DNA from: an uncultured Rhodothermales bacterium | GTDB taxonomy: Bacteria > Bacteroidota > Rhodothermia > Rhodothermales > CAYLXM01 | Direction: 5' to 3' | DNA: 64,000 nucleotides | Assembly (NCBI GenBank): GCA_964387555.1 | Contig: CAYLXM010000014.1 | Span: 8,901-72,900 of the forward strand | Notes under the pieces: generated by a model | What the model was told of the DNA's origin: nothing | The model's input: the letters and a program-made list of their open reading frames with translations, nothing else | Database searches by the model: none | Shown here: piece by piece, positions 17,740-27,498 of the stretch | How the letters are laid out: every line of letters begins with the position of its first letter | Numbering within the stretch: the stretch's first letter is position 1 | Made by a program: the position numbers and the translations under genes

Positions 17740-17865
17740 GCCCACGCGCCCATTCGCCCACGCGCCCATTCGCCCACGCGCCCATTCGCCCACGCGCCCA
17801 TTCGCCCACACGCCCATTCGCCCACACGCCCCCACTCTCCACACTCTCCACACACTCCACACTCT
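17740..17865. repeat. intergenic tandem repeat: 16-bp unit gcccacgcgcccattc x5.9, then a ccacactct-type microrepeat
   Basis: Units are read directly at 17740-17755, 17756-17771, 17772-17787, 17788-17803, 17804-17819 (this one with g>a), and a partial unit at 17820-17833. The stretch actctccacactctccacacactccacactct follows at 17834-17865. Confidence 0.95.
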
Positions 17866-17981
17866 GGATGTAATCCGCCCCGATCCTATCTTCCACGCTT
17901 CGGGATCCGGCGGCGCGATGTGACACGACGCCGACCTGCCCGCACTGTCTACCGGAACGCTCCTCCAAACCCATCCCCACT

Positions 17982-19697
17982 ATGGGCACCAGCGTAGACC
18001 TGTCGGTCGTTGATTACGCGATCCTGAGCATCTACTTCCTCTTTGTCCTGGGAATCGGCTGGGCGCTCAAGCGCTACATGCGCTCCTCCACCGACTTCCT
18101 GCTCTCGGGTCGCTCCATCCCGGCCTGGATTGCCGGTCTCGCCTTCCTTTCCGCCAACCTGGGAGCACAGGAGGTGATCGGGATGGCCGCCTCCGGCGCC
18201 AAGTACGGGATCGCAACGGCCCACTTCTATTGGATCGGCGCCATCCCGGCGATGGTCTTTGTCGGCATCTTCATGATGCCCTTCTACTACGGCTCCCGGG
18301 CACGATCCGTGCCGGAATACCTCAAGCTGCGATACGACGAAAAGACGAGGGGCTTCAACGCGATTACCTTCGCCGCGATGACGGTCTTCTCGTCCGGCAT
18401 CTCCATGTACGCCATGGGGCTGCTCCTCCAACTGCTCCTGGGCTGGGACTTCAATTTCTCCGTACTCGTCTCCGCCATCATCGTACTCCTCTACATCTTC
18501 CTGGGCGGGTTGACGTCGGCGATCTACAACGAAGTGCTTCAGTTCTTCCTCATTGTCTTCGGCTTCATTCCCCTGGTGGTCATCGGGTTAATCGATGTGG
18601 GAGGATGGGAAGGACTCACCACGCGCCTCGCCACCATGTCGGCCGATATGGGCTATGCCCCGGGGGCGTGGACCAATTCCTGGCAGCACATGGGCGATCC
18701 TACCCACAATCCCATGGGTGTAGAGGTGTTCGGGGTAGCCATGGGCCTTGGATTCGTGCTGAGTTTCGGGTATTGGTGCACGGACTTTCTGGTCGTCCAG
18801 CGGGCGATGGCGGCCGACTCGATGGTTTCCGCCCGTCGCACGCCGCTCATCGCGGCCGTTCCCAAGATGCTCTTCCCTGCGCTCGTCATCCTTCCCGGAA
18901 TGATCGCGATCGCACTGACCACCCAGATGGGGGAGAGCGGATTTTCATTGCCTGCCAAGCCGGACGGCACGTACAACTACGACCTGGTCATCCCGATGAT
19001 GCTCGTCCACTACTTCCCGTCCGGGATGCTTGGGATTGGCCTCACCGCGCTCATGGCGTCCTTCATGAGCGGTATGGCAGGCAACGTGACGGCCTTCAAC
19101 ACGGTATGGACCTACGACATCTACCAGAGCTACATCAAACCCAACGCGTCCGACCAGCACTACCTGTGGATGGGGCGGATGACGACCGTCTTCGGCATCG
19201 CGCTGTCGGTCGGTACGGCCTATTTGGCCACCGAGTTCAATAACATCATGGATATGCTGCAGCTCGTGTTCGCGTTTGTGAACGCGCCGCTGTTCGCGAC
19301 GTTCGTACTGGGCATGTTCTGGAAACGTGCCACGGGTCACGGCGCCTTCACCGGACTGGTTAGCGGCACACTCGCCGCGGCCCTCCATCACGGTCTCAGC
19401 CTTCCTGTGGCTGCCTCAGTCGGCATTAAGGGGGGATGGATCTTGCCGGTCACCTCTTACGCCAGCGAAATGGCGCAGAACTTCTGGACCGCCATCTGGG
19501 CTTGGACCGTTTGTTTCGTCGTGACGATTGTCGTCAGCTTGATCACGAAGCCGCGCCCGGATGAGGAACTCCGCGGACTCGTTTACTCGCTCACCGAAAA
19601 GCAGCGTGACCACGAGCTTCACTGGTACAAGCGGCCGGCCACGCTCGGCGCGGTCATTCTGCTTGCGGCGCTCATTCTCAACATCATTTTCTGGTAG
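17982..19697 (+). CDS. sodium:solute symporter (SSS/SGLT family), probable Na+/galactose-glucose transporter
   Basis: 571-aa polytopic ORF. The N-terminal region DYAILSIYFLFVLGIGWALKRYMRSSTDFLLSGRSIPAWIAGLAFLSANLGAQEVIGMAASG is typical of SGLT-type SSS transporters. Its position next to galK/galT supports the substrate guess. Confidence 0.85.
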   Translation: MGTSVDLSVVDYAILSIYFLFVLGIGWALKRYMRSSTDFLLSGRSIPAWIAGLAFLSANLGAQEVIGMAASGAKYGIATAHFYWIGAIPAMVFVGIFMMPFYYGSRARSVPEYLKLRYDEKTRGFNAITFAAMTVFSSGISMYAMGLLLQLLLGWDFNFSVLVSAIIVLLYIFLGGLTSAIYNEVLQFFLIVFGFIPLVVIGLIDVGGWEGLTTRLATMSADMGYAPGAWTNSWQHMGDPTHNPMGVEVFGVAMGLGFVLSFGYWCTDFLVVQRAMAADSMVSARRTPLIAAVPKMLFPALVILPGMIAIALTTQMGESGFSLPAKPDGTYNYDLVIPMMLVHYFPSGMLGIGLTALMASFMSGMAGNVTAFNTVWTYDIYQSYIKPNASDQHYLWMGRMTTVFGIALSVGTAYLATEFNNIMDMLQLVFAFVNAPLFATFVLGMFWKRATGHGAFTGLVSGTLAAALHHGLSLPVAASVGIKGGWILPVTSYASEMAQNFWTAIWAWTVCFVVTIVVSLITKPRPDEELRGLVYSLTEKQRDHELHWYKRPATLGAVILLAALILNIIFW

Positions 19698-19764
19698 GAG
19701 ACGACCGACCCCGTCCCCGATGTGCCCGGCTGAACCCGTATTGTGACCCTGATCCTACAATGCC

Positions 19765-19980
19765 ATGGGACTCGACCTCAGACTGCCGATCGGACTCATC
19801 TTCTCAATCTTTGGAGTCATCCTCATCCTTTCCGGACTTCTCAGCAGCCCGGAAACCTATGCGCGATCCCTCGGCATCAATGTGAACCTCTGGTGGGGGT
19901 TCATTCTCCTTGTGGTGGGCCTCGTATTTCTTATTCTGGAAAGGAGAAGCGCCGCCGACAAACGCAGATCCAAGAAGTGA
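19765..19980 (+). CDS. small two-TM membrane protein (hypothetical)
   Basis: 71-aa ORF with two hydrophobic helices (IGLIFSIFGVILILSGLL and LWWGFILLVVGLVFLIL) and a basic tail. It fits exactly between the symporter and galK. Confidence 0.45.
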   Translation: MGLDLRLPIGLIFSIFGVILILSGLLSSPETYARSLGINVNLWWGFILLVVGLVFLILERRSAADKRRSKK

Positions 19981-20023
19981 TGCTTCCGTTCTGCGTCCAC
20001 CTCCAGGAACCCGGAAGATCGTC

Positions 20024-21190
20024 ATGAACCGCTCCAATTCCCCAACCGCCACCTTGGCGGAGAAGGTCTTTCACGAGCGTTTCGGCGAAGCTCCGCACCT
20101 CATCGTCCGGGCCCCCGGCCGGGTGAATCTGATCGGGGAGCACACCGACTACAATGACGGTTTCGTGCTCCCGATGGCGATCGAACGCGCCGTCTACATT
20201 GCGCTGCGCCCGACGGCGGACACCCACATCAGAGTCTTGTCTCTCGATTTTTCCGCGGAGCAGGCATTCGATCTGGGCGGTTTTGATCGTGGGGATCACG
20301 GGTGGATGGAGTACATCAAGGGAACGGCGTGGTCGATGATGGAGGTGGGGTTCGAACTGTCAGGGTGGGAGGGGGTCGTCGCCGGCGACGTACCCGTCGG
20401 AGCCGGCCTATCGTCAAGTGCGGCCCTCGAGATGGCGACTGCCAGGGCATGCTGCGCGGTATCGGAGATCCCCTGGGATGCTCCCGGCGTCGCGCTATTG
20501 GGTCAACGTGCGGAAAATGAGTGGGTCGGTGTGAATTGCGGCATTATGGACCAGATGATCTCGGCGTCCGCCGTTGCCGGATCTGCGCTGCTGATCGACT
20601 GCCGCACGCTGGAAACGACCCCGGTGCCGCTCCCGGCGGGGCACAGGGTGGTCGTGATGGACACCGCCACGCGGCGCGGGCTTGTCGACTCCGCCTACAA
20701 TGAACGCAGGCGTCAGTGCGAGAGAGCCGCGCGGTTCCTCGGCGTGGAGGCACTCAGGGACGTTTCTGTGGCGGAATTCGCGGGACGTGCCTCAGGACTT
20801 GACCCTCTTGCCCGGAAGCGCGCGCGCCACGTGATTACCGAGAACGAACGGACCCTGGCGTCCGCTGAAGCCATGAAGAGAGGGGATGCCGCAACAGTAG
20901 GCCGTTTCATGAATGAGGGACACGCCAGTCTCCGCGATGATTTTGAAGTGTCGTCCGAAGGCCTTGACACGATGGTGGCCATCGCGCGAACGCACCGCGG
21001 GTGCCAGGGGGCAAGGATGACGGGGGCCGGGTTTGGCGGTTGTGCGGTCGCACTCGTGCAGGCCGATTCGGCGGATGCGTTCGTGGAGTCGGTAGCCCGG
21101 CTCTATCAGGAAAAAACTGGGCTGAACGCTGCGCTCTATGTGTCAGGTGCCGCCGGCGGAGCCGAGGTTTTGCTGGATCGGCGCCCGTAG
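20024..21190 (+). CDS. galK: galactokinase
   Basis: The ORF 19910..21190 was trimmed to the ATG at 20024. The galactokinase signature [19 protein letters not shown] and the GHMP ATP motif [11 protein letters not shown] are both present. Confidence 0.93.
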   Translation: MNRSNSPTATLAEKVFHERFGEAPHLIVRAPGRVNLIGEHTDYNDGFVLPMAIERAVYIALRPTADTHIRVLSLDFSAEQAFDLGGFDRGDHGWMEYIKGTAWSMMEVGFELSGWEGVVAGDVPVGAGLSSSAALEMATARACCAVSEIPWDAPGVALLGQRAENEWVGVNCGIMDQMISASAVAGSALLIDCRTLETTPVPLPAGHRVVVMDTATRRGLVDSAYNERRRQCERAARFLGVEALRDVSVAEFAGRASGLDPLARKRARHVITENERTLASAEAMKRGDAATVGRFMNEGHASLRDDFEVSSEGLDTMVAIARTHRGCQGARMTGAGFGGCAVALVQADSADAFVESVARLYQEKTGLNAALYVSGAAGGAEVLLDRRP

Positions 21191-21225
21191 AACACGGATC
21201 AGTACACCAGCGGCCGGATTGTGAC

Positions 21226-22278
21226 ATGGCGACCTTTTCGCTGTCCGAACACGTTCACCGGCGGTTCAATCCGCTGGCCGGCGAATGGGTGCTCGTCTCC
21301 CCGCATCGGACGCGCCGACCATGGCAGGGCCAGATCGAAGCCCCGCCGCCGGAGTCGCGTGCACCATACGACCCCGGGTGCTACCTGTGCCCCGGCAACG
21401 AACGTGCCGGCGGCATTCGCAATCCCGATTACCCGGAGACGTTTGTCTTTGACAACGACTTTGCTGCGCTGCGCGACGACGGGTCCCGTGAAACGGTCGT
21501 TCGGCCTTCGCTCTTACGTGCCGAACCCGAACGAGGGGTCTGCCGCGTCATCTGCTTTTCTCCCCGACACGATCTGACGCTGCCGGAAATGGATCTGTCC
21601 GCTGTTCGGCGCGTGGTGGATCTGTGGACCGACCAGACCGCAGAACTCGGCGGACGTCCAGACATCCGCCACGTTCAGATCTTCGAGAACAAAGGGGCCG
21701 TCATGGGGTGCAGCAACCCCCACCCACATGGACAGATCTGGGCGCAGGAGACCGTACCGGACCTTCCGGCGCGGGAAGGATCCAACCAGGCCACCTACTA
21801 CGCCGAGCGGGGAACGACCCTGTTGGGCGAGTATCTTCATCTGGAGTTGGAGTGCGAAGAACGCCTCGTGTACGCGAATTGCGACTTCATCGTGCTCGTG
21901 CCGTTCTGGGCGTTCTGGCCGTTCGAGACGATGATTGTGTCCCGCCGTGCGCACGCGTCGCTGCTCGATCTCTCCGACGACGAACGCACGGGATTCGCCG
22001 ATGCGATTCGGCAACTCACCATCCGCTACGATAACCTCTTCAACACCTCCTTCCCGTATTCAGCCGGCATCCATCAGGCGCCCATGGACGGAGACGCCCA
22101 TCCGGAGTGGCATCTTCATATGCACTTCTTCCCCCCGCTCCTCCGATCCGCTACCGTAAAAAAGTTCATGGTGGGATATGAAATGCTGGCCATGCCCCAG
22201 CGGGACATCTCACCGGAAACCGCAGCCGAACGACTCAGAGCCTGCCCGGACCGGCACTACAGGGCGGCTTGTGGCTGA
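21226..22278 (+). CDS. galT: galactose-1-phosphate uridylyltransferase
   Basis: The ORF 21001..22278 was trimmed to the ATG at 21226. It shows [23 protein letters not shown], a CYLCPGN zinc site and the active-site HPHGQIWA (HxHxQ). Confidence 0.92.
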   Translation: MATFSLSEHVHRRFNPLAGEWVLVSPHRTRRPWQGQIEAPPPESRAPYDPGCYLCPGNERAGGIRNPDYPETFVFDNDFAALRDDGSRETVVRPSLLRAEPERGVCRVICFSPRHDLTLPEMDLSAVRRVVDLWTDQTAELGGRPDIRHVQIFENKGAVMGCSNPHPHGQIWAQETVPDLPAREGSNQATYYAERGTTLLGEYLHLELECEERLVYANCDFIVLVPFWAFWPFETMIVSRRAHASLLDLSDDERTGFADAIRQLTIRYDNLFNTSFPYSAGIHQAPMDGDAHPEWHLHMHFFPPLLRSATVKKFMVGYEMLAMPQRDISPETAAERLRACPDRHYRAACG

Positions 22279-22469
22279 GGTGGGTCGCTCAACCCCCGTT
22301 CACCGGAAATGCGGGAATCGGTATACAGCAAGGGGCGCTGCCCGGGTCCACGGTTTCTGGCCTTTTCCGGTGTATTTTGGACCCATAGAAGGGGGAAATG
22401 GGATCGAATCAGTTGCCAAACGGTTTTATGCGTTTAGATCCTCTTCAAGCAATCCCCAATCAAGCCGAC

Positions 22470-23054
22470 ATGACGCTTCTGCAACAGGGGATGGCGGCCA
22501 TCGCTGCCGTCCTGATTTTCACACTTCCGGTGCTTTCTCAGGATGCCACGTTGAACGTGGGAGACAAGGCGCCAGCGTTCGAGGCCATGGCCGATAACGG
22601 CAAGCTTTGGAAATCCGAGGACTTCGTGGGAGAGAAGATTCTCGTCGTCTACTTCTATCCGGCCGCGATGACGGGCGGGTGCACGAAGCAGGCTTGCGCA
22701 TTTCGTGACCACCGCACGCAGTTGACCCAGCTTGGGGCCGAAGTCGTCGCCGTAAGTGGCGATGAGGTGGATGGTCTGAAAGTCTTTAAGGGTGCCCACA
22801 ACCTGAACTTCCCTCTGCTGTCGGATGCCACCGGGAGTATCGCCCGAAAGTTCGGTGTCCCGGTGCGAGACGGCGGTGAAATCACTCAGACCGTCGATGG
22901 CGAAACAGTTACCCTCAAAAGAGGCGTTACGACCGCGAGGTGGACCTTCGTCATCGGGATGGACGGCAAGATCGCGTACAAGAATTCGGAAGTGAACCCG
23001 GAACGCGACAGCGAAGAAGTGATCGCGGCTATCCAGGACATGGTGGGTGATTGA
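22470..23054 (+). CDS. exported peroxiredoxin (Bcp/AhpC-TSA family)
   Basis: The start was trimmed to the ATG at 22470, giving MTLLQQGMAAIAAVLIFTLPVLS|QDATL. The peroxidatic Cys lies in the context YFYPAAMTGGCTKQACAF. Confidence 0.85.
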   Translation: MTLLQQGMAAIAAVLIFTLPVLSQDATLNVGDKAPAFEAMADNGKLWKSEDFVGEKILVVYFYPAAMTGGCTKQACAFRDHRTQLTQLGAEVVAVSGDEVDGLKVFKGAHNLNFPLLSDATGSIARKFGVPVRDGGEITQTVDGETVTLKRGVTTARWTFVIGMDGKIAYKNSEVNPERDSEEVIAAIQDMVGD

Positions 23055-23130
23055 CGTTGACGATGACGACCTTCAGGCCTGTCGAGACGGCGCATTCCAT
23101 GGCTCGACCGGTCATGTGCGGGGTGAGACC

Positions 23131-24339
23131 ATGATGACCCGTTCCGCCCCACAGCCGGCGGTTCGGCTTGCACGAGGTCGCGAAGCCTCTCTGCTTCGCC
23201 GCCATCCCTGGGTGTTTTCCGGGGCCATCGATCGGGTGGAAGGACAACCGGCGTCGGGTGATGCCGTAATCGTGCTCGATGCGGGCGGCAATACGCTGGG
23301 TGAGGGGACCTGGTCGCCGCAGTCCCAGATTCGCGTGCGGATGTGGCATTTCGAAAATGATAAGCGGATATCGGATGACTTTGTCCGCGAACGGCTGCGC
23401 CGCGCGATCGTTCGTCGCCATGACCTGCTGGCCGACCCACTCGGGGCGTGCCGTTTGGTCTTCAGTGAAGGAGACGGGCTTCCCGGGTTGGTCGTCGACC
23501 GGTACGGCAACTTTCTTGTCATCCAGTTCCTCAGTACGGGAACCGACGCACGGCGCGACACCATCACGGCGTACCTCTCCGAGGAACTCAATCCGGAAGG
23601 CATCTTCGAACGCTCGGAAGGCGATGCGCGGACCCGGGAAGGCCTACCACGGCGGGTGGGAACGCTATACGGTGACGAGCCGCCGGTCCCGATAGAATTT
23701 GCCGAGGAGGGCGTACGCTACCTCGTCGACGTGAAGAAAGGACACAAGACGGGCTTCTACCTGGACCAGCGAACGAATCGAGGCCTGGTAGCGGGCGTTG
23801 CGCGCGGGAGAACGATGCTTAACGCCTTCTCCTATACAGGGGGCTTCGGAATTGCAGCGCTGGTCGGCGGCGCCAGGCATGTCGTCGAGGTAGACACGTC
23901 GGCACCCGCCCTGGATACCTGTCGGTCGCACATGGCGCTCAATGGGCTGGATGCCCAGTCGGCCGATCACGTGGAAGGGGACGTCTTCCGCGTCTTGAGG
24001 GATTTCAAGGAGGCAGATAGGCGATTCGATCTCATCGTGCTCGATCCACCCAAGTTTGCTGACAAGAAAAGCCAGGTGGATAAGGCCGCGCGGGGGTACA
24101 AGGATATCAACCGACTGGCCTTTCACCTGCTTGAACCTGGTGGACTGCTCTTCACCTTCTCCTGCTCCGGTGCCATCTCAGCCGACCTCTTCCAGAAGAT
24201 TGTTGCTTCTGGCGCGCTCGATGCGGGCGTCGAGGCGACCATGGAAAGAAGACTGATGCAGGCCACGGATCATCCGGTGGATATTCATTTTCCGGAGTCC
24301 GAATACCTGAAAGGACTGGTCTGCCGTCGATTGGCTTGA
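23131..24339 (+). CDS. rlmI: class I SAM-dependent 23S rRNA m5C methyltransferase RlmI-like (PUA + MTase)
   Basis: The start was trimmed to the ATG at 23131. It shows the N-terminal LARGREASLLRRHPWVFSGAI, KTGFYLDQR, the SAM-site LNAFSYTGGFG and the DPPKF catalytic motif. Confidence 0.8.
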   Translation: MMTRSAPQPAVRLARGREASLLRRHPWVFSGAIDRVEGQPASGDAVIVLDAGGNTLGEGTWSPQSQIRVRMWHFENDKRISDDFVRERLRRAIVRRHDLLADPLGACRLVFSEGDGLPGLVVDRYGNFLVIQFLSTGTDARRDTITAYLSEELNPEGIFERSEGDARTREGLPRRVGTLYGDEPPVPIEFAEEGVRYLVDVKKGHKTGFYLDQRTNRGLVAGVARGRTMLNAFSYTGGFGIAALVGGARHVVEVDTSAPALDTCRSHMALNGLDAQSADHVEGDVFRVLRDFKEADRRFDLIVLDPPKFADKKSQVDKAARGYKDINRLAFHLLEPGGLLFTFSCSGAISADLFQKIVASGALDAGVEATMERRLMQATDHPVDIHFPESEYLKGLVCRRLA

Positions 24340-24512
24340 CGGTTCTGCGAGACCGGGCCGAGGTGGTCCAACCCGCGACCGTCTTGCCCGGCGCACTCAC
24401 GCCCAAGCCCATGCCCGGATCCGGCATCGTCTTCACACTACGCCGCTGCGTTTCGAAGATTGTCCAACGCGGGACGGTCTTCCCCGACACGTGTTCGCTG
24501 GATTTAGGCGGA

Positions 24513-25775
24513 ATGTCCCACGGCGTGTTCAACCCGCCGATCCTACTTCGGCGTTCCCTATTGTTCGTAATGGGGATAGCCGTCATGGCCTCGTGCTCGC
24601 CCGCCAACGAGCACGCCGGCCAAAACGCAGACTGGGAGTCGTGGGACGAGGTTGTCACCGCGGCGCGGGGGGCCACGCTCGATATCGGGATGTGGCGCGG
24701 CGATCCCTATATCAATGCCTTCATGGGAGATGTGGTGTCTTCGCGTCTCAAAAAGGATTTCGACATCGACGTCCGATTTATCTCCTCGCGCGGAAGTGAG
24801 TTGGTCTCTGCCCTCATCACGGAACTGGAGGCGGGATCGAGTGAAAGCGCCTTCGACATGGTCTGGATCAACGGGGAAACCTTCTTCCAACTGCGGCAAA
24901 TCGACGCGCTGTTCGGACCGTTCACCCACCTGCTCCCGCACATCGATCTGGTGGACTTTGAGGATCCCCTCATCGCCTTCGATTTCCAGCAGCCGATCGG
25001 CGGGTATGAAGCGCCATGGGGAACCGTCCAGTTCATCCTCATCTACGACACGCTTCGCGTGGGGAGCCCGCCGCTTACCACCGGCGACCTGGCGAAATGG
25101 GTGCAGAACAACCCGGGCAGGTTCACCTTCGACGCATCGTTCACCGGGATGACGTTCCTGAAATCCCTCCTGATGGAATTTGCCGATTCACCGGAAGCGC
25201 TGCAAGGGCCGTTCAATGAGGCCCGGTACGATGCCGCCGCGTCGAGATTGTGGGGCTACCTGCTTGAATTGAAGCCGCATTTGTGGAAGGGGGGAAGGTC
25301 TTTCCCGGCGGGCGTCGCCCAACTGCATCACCTGTTCGCCGGCGGAGAGATCGATTTTACGATGAGCAACAACGACGGCGAGGTCGACAACAAGGTGTTG
25401 CAGGGCGTATTCCCTCCGTCGACGCGAGGGTACGTGCCGGCGTTCGGCTCGATTCGCAATACGCACTACTGGGGTATTGTTCGGCATGCGAGAGACAAGG
25501 CCGCTGCTTTGGTCGCGGTGAACTTTCTGTTGTCTCCCGAGGCCCAGCTGCTCAAGCTTCGTCCGGAAATCTGGGGCGATGGAACGGTGCTCGATCCGGA
25601 GAAACTCGCTCCCGATGACCGGGATGCGCTGGCAGCCGCCTCCTTGCGCCGTCATGTCCCGCCGGCCACGGACTTGCGTCGGCGGGCCCGAATGGAACTC
25701 GCCCCGGAGTATATGATCCGGCTTTACGCTGATTTCAGGCGCACCCTGCTCGAGGAGTCATCCGACCGGCCATGA
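24513..25775 (+). CDS. ABC transporter substrate-binding lipoprotein (YnjB-like)
   Basis: The ORF 24336..25775 was trimmed to the ATG at 24513, giving MSHGVFNPPILLRRSLLFVMGIAVMASC with a lipobox. Its stop overlaps the next start (ATGA at 25772-25775). Confidence 0.75.
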   Translation: MSHGVFNPPILLRRSLLFVMGIAVMASCSPANEHAGQNADWESWDEVVTAARGATLDIGMWRGDPYINAFMGDVVSSRLKKDFDIDVRFISSRGSELVSALITELEAGSSESAFDMVWINGETFFQLRQIDALFGPFTHLLPHIDLVDFEDPLIAFDFQQPIGGYEAPWGTVQFILIYDTLRVGSPPLTTGDLAKWVQNNPGRFTFDASFTGMTFLKSLLMEFADSPEALQGPFNEARYDAAASRLWGYLLELKPHLWKGGRSFPAGVAQLHHLFAGGEIDFTMSNNDGEVDNKVLQGVFPPSTRGYVPAFGSIRNTHYWGIVRHARDKAAALVAVNFLLSPEAQLLKLRPEIWGDGTVLDPEKLAPDDRDALAAASLRRHVPPATDLRRRARMELAPEYMIRLYADFRRTLLEESSDRP

Positions 25776-26641
25776 TCCAAAAACGCAACGGAGTCGGCAG
25801 GGCTGTGGGGGCTGCTGGTTTCTGGGTATTCGTTTTGATAGCCGTCTTGCCCATTGCCGCGGGACTCGTCTACGCGCTCCTCTACAGCTTCGGACTGACG
25901 GGTCTGCTAAACGAGGGCTTCACCCTGTCCCACTGGCGCGCAGTGACGGGCTCGCTCACGTTCTGGTCGTCGCTATTCTGGAGCCTCTACATCGCGGGAT
26001 CAACGGTCGTTGCGACCGTCGCCATGGCGTTGGCACTTGCCCTCTGGCTGGTCCCGCAGCTCGAAGGGCGTCCCGTCCCTTTGGCCTATTACGTCCCCCT
26101 CACACTACCGGCTACCGTATCGGCGTTCCTGGTATTCCACCTCTTTTCCGCCACGGGACCTATAGCAGGGGCGCTGGCTCAGCTTGGCGCCTTTTCCGCG
26201 GACGCCCCGGTTTTTAGTCCGGTGCACGATGAGGCCGGGATCGGCATACTGCTCGCCCTGCTGGTCGTTACCATCCCGTTCTTCCTCATCCTCTTTTTAC
26301 AGATCTATCGCAATGAGCGACTGGATGAGATCAGTCGACTCGCCTCCTCACTGGGAGCGGGTCGCTATGCCCGAACGACGAGAGTGACGATCCCTGTCCT
26401 GCTTTTCCGGGCTCGCACGAACATCATTCTCCTCTTCGTCGCCGTCTTGGGCGCTTACGAAATCCCGCTTCTGGTCGGACGCCAATCGCCTGAGATGCTG
26501 TCCGTACTCACGCTTCGGAAGCTGGCCCACTACGACCTCACTGCCCGATCGGAAGCTTTCATCGCCGCCCTCCTGTATGCCGGCCTCGTGTTCGCCCTGC
26601 TTTTTCCTTTACTCAATAAGCAAGGGGAGGCCGATGGATAG
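25772..26641 (+). CDS. ABC transporter permease
   Basis: 289-aa polytopic ORF that is translationally coupled on both sides. The family call rests only on its size, its hydrophobic polytopic profile and its position between the binding protein and the second permease; I did not identify a specific signature motif. Confidence 0.8.
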   Translation: MIQKRNGVGRAVGAAGFWVFVLIAVLPIAAGLVYALLYSFGLTGLLNEGFTLSHWRAVTGSLTFWSSLFWSLYIAGSTVVATVAMALALALWLVPQLEGRPVPLAYYVPLTLPATVSAFLVFHLFSATGPIAGALAQLGAFSADAPVFSPVHDEAGIGILLALLVVTIPFFLILFLQIYRNERLDEISRLASSLGAGRYARTTRVTIPVLLFRARTNIILLFVAVLGAYEIPLLVGRQSPEMLSVLTLRKLAHYDLTARSEAFIAALLYAGLVFALLFPLLNKQGEADG

Positions 26642-27437
26642 TTCCCACTCCGGCACGGGAGGAAGGCTTCTGCCACGGTTCGCCCTCTGGGTTCTCGGGG
26701 GGCTCTTCGTAGCCCCCGTGCTGTACCTGGGCCTCGTCTCCGTGGCTTCGGACTGGCCCTATCCGAACGTGGTCCCCGCCGGATTGTCGCTGAAAGCATG
26801 GCGCCTCGCCTTTGGGACAGGATCCGGAATCGCGAGCGGCCTGGGCGTTTCGCTGTTGATTTCCGGGTTCGTCGGCCTGGCCTCCACGGCCGTTGGCTTT
26901 GTTGCATCCCGGTACATCGCCTATAGTCCGAATCGCCGCCGAATCGTGATCACGGCGTATGTCCCGTTCGCGATGTCCCCCGTTATCGTGGCCGCGATGT
27001 TGACGTACTTCTACATCCGATTGGGCCTCGCGGGCACCATCACGGGCGTAGTTCTCGCTCAGACCATGTTCGCGTCCGGTTTCGCCATCGTGTTCTTCCT
27101 GGCCTTCTGGAATCAGCGCCTCCGAGCCATAGAAGGCCTGGTACGCACGCTCGGGGGAACGAGCTGGGATGCCTTCCGCTTCGGTATCCTTCCCCTCTCT
27201 CGCGGTATGCTGATGACCTGCTTTTTTCAGACGTTCCTCATATCCTGGTTTCAGTATGGTCTCACCCTGCTCGTGGGCTCCGGTCGCGTGCAGACGCTGC
27301 CCTTGATCGTGTTCGGGTACCTCAACGAGGCGGGAGTAGCGCTGGCCGCGGTCGCGTCCTGTCTGCTCGTTGCCCCCCCGCTCCTCTTGCTCTGGATAAA
27401 CCGATGGTTCATATTCCGGGAGGGGTTTCGTCTCTGA
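26634..27437 (+). CDS. ABC transporter permease (second subunit)
   Basis: I prefer the ATG at 26634. It is preceded by ggggagg and overlaps the upstream stop by 8 nt. A start at 26577 is also open. The ORF is polytopic. Confidence 0.75.
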   Translation: MDSSHSGTGGRLLPRFALWVLGGLFVAPVLYLGLVSVASDWPYPNVVPAGLSLKAWRLAFGTGSGIASGLGVSLLISGFVGLASTAVGFVASRYIAYSPNRRRIVITAYVPFAMSPVIVAAMLTYFYIRLGLAGTITGVVLAQTMFASGFAIVFFLAFWNQRLRAIEGLVRTLGGTSWDAFRFGILPLSRGMLMTCFFQTFLISWFQYGLTLLVGSGRVQTLPLIVFGYLNEAGVALAAVASCLLVAPPLLLLWINRWFIFREGFRL

Positions 27438-27498
27438 GACTCCTTTCCACGCTCCGGGGCCTTTGGTCACCCGAATCCGCCCGTTCTCGACCCTTCCC

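Noticed and set aside
17740-17865. I considered the tandem repeat region as a possible CRISPR array.
   Set aside because: The units are only 16 bp and directly abutting, with no spacers. No cas genes are in the window.
15347-17989. Very long antisense ORFs (15347..17989, 880 aa; 10261..12468, 735 aa; 14303..15295; 33049..34164; 12524..13882; 29164..30318) lie opposite well-supported genes.
   Set aside because: These are typical shadow ORFs of high-GC DNA. Their translations are Arg/Gly/Pro/Val-rich low-complexity strings with no recognisable motifs. The opposite-strand products carry clear family signatures (SusC, CRTAC1-like, EF-G, SusD, kinase).
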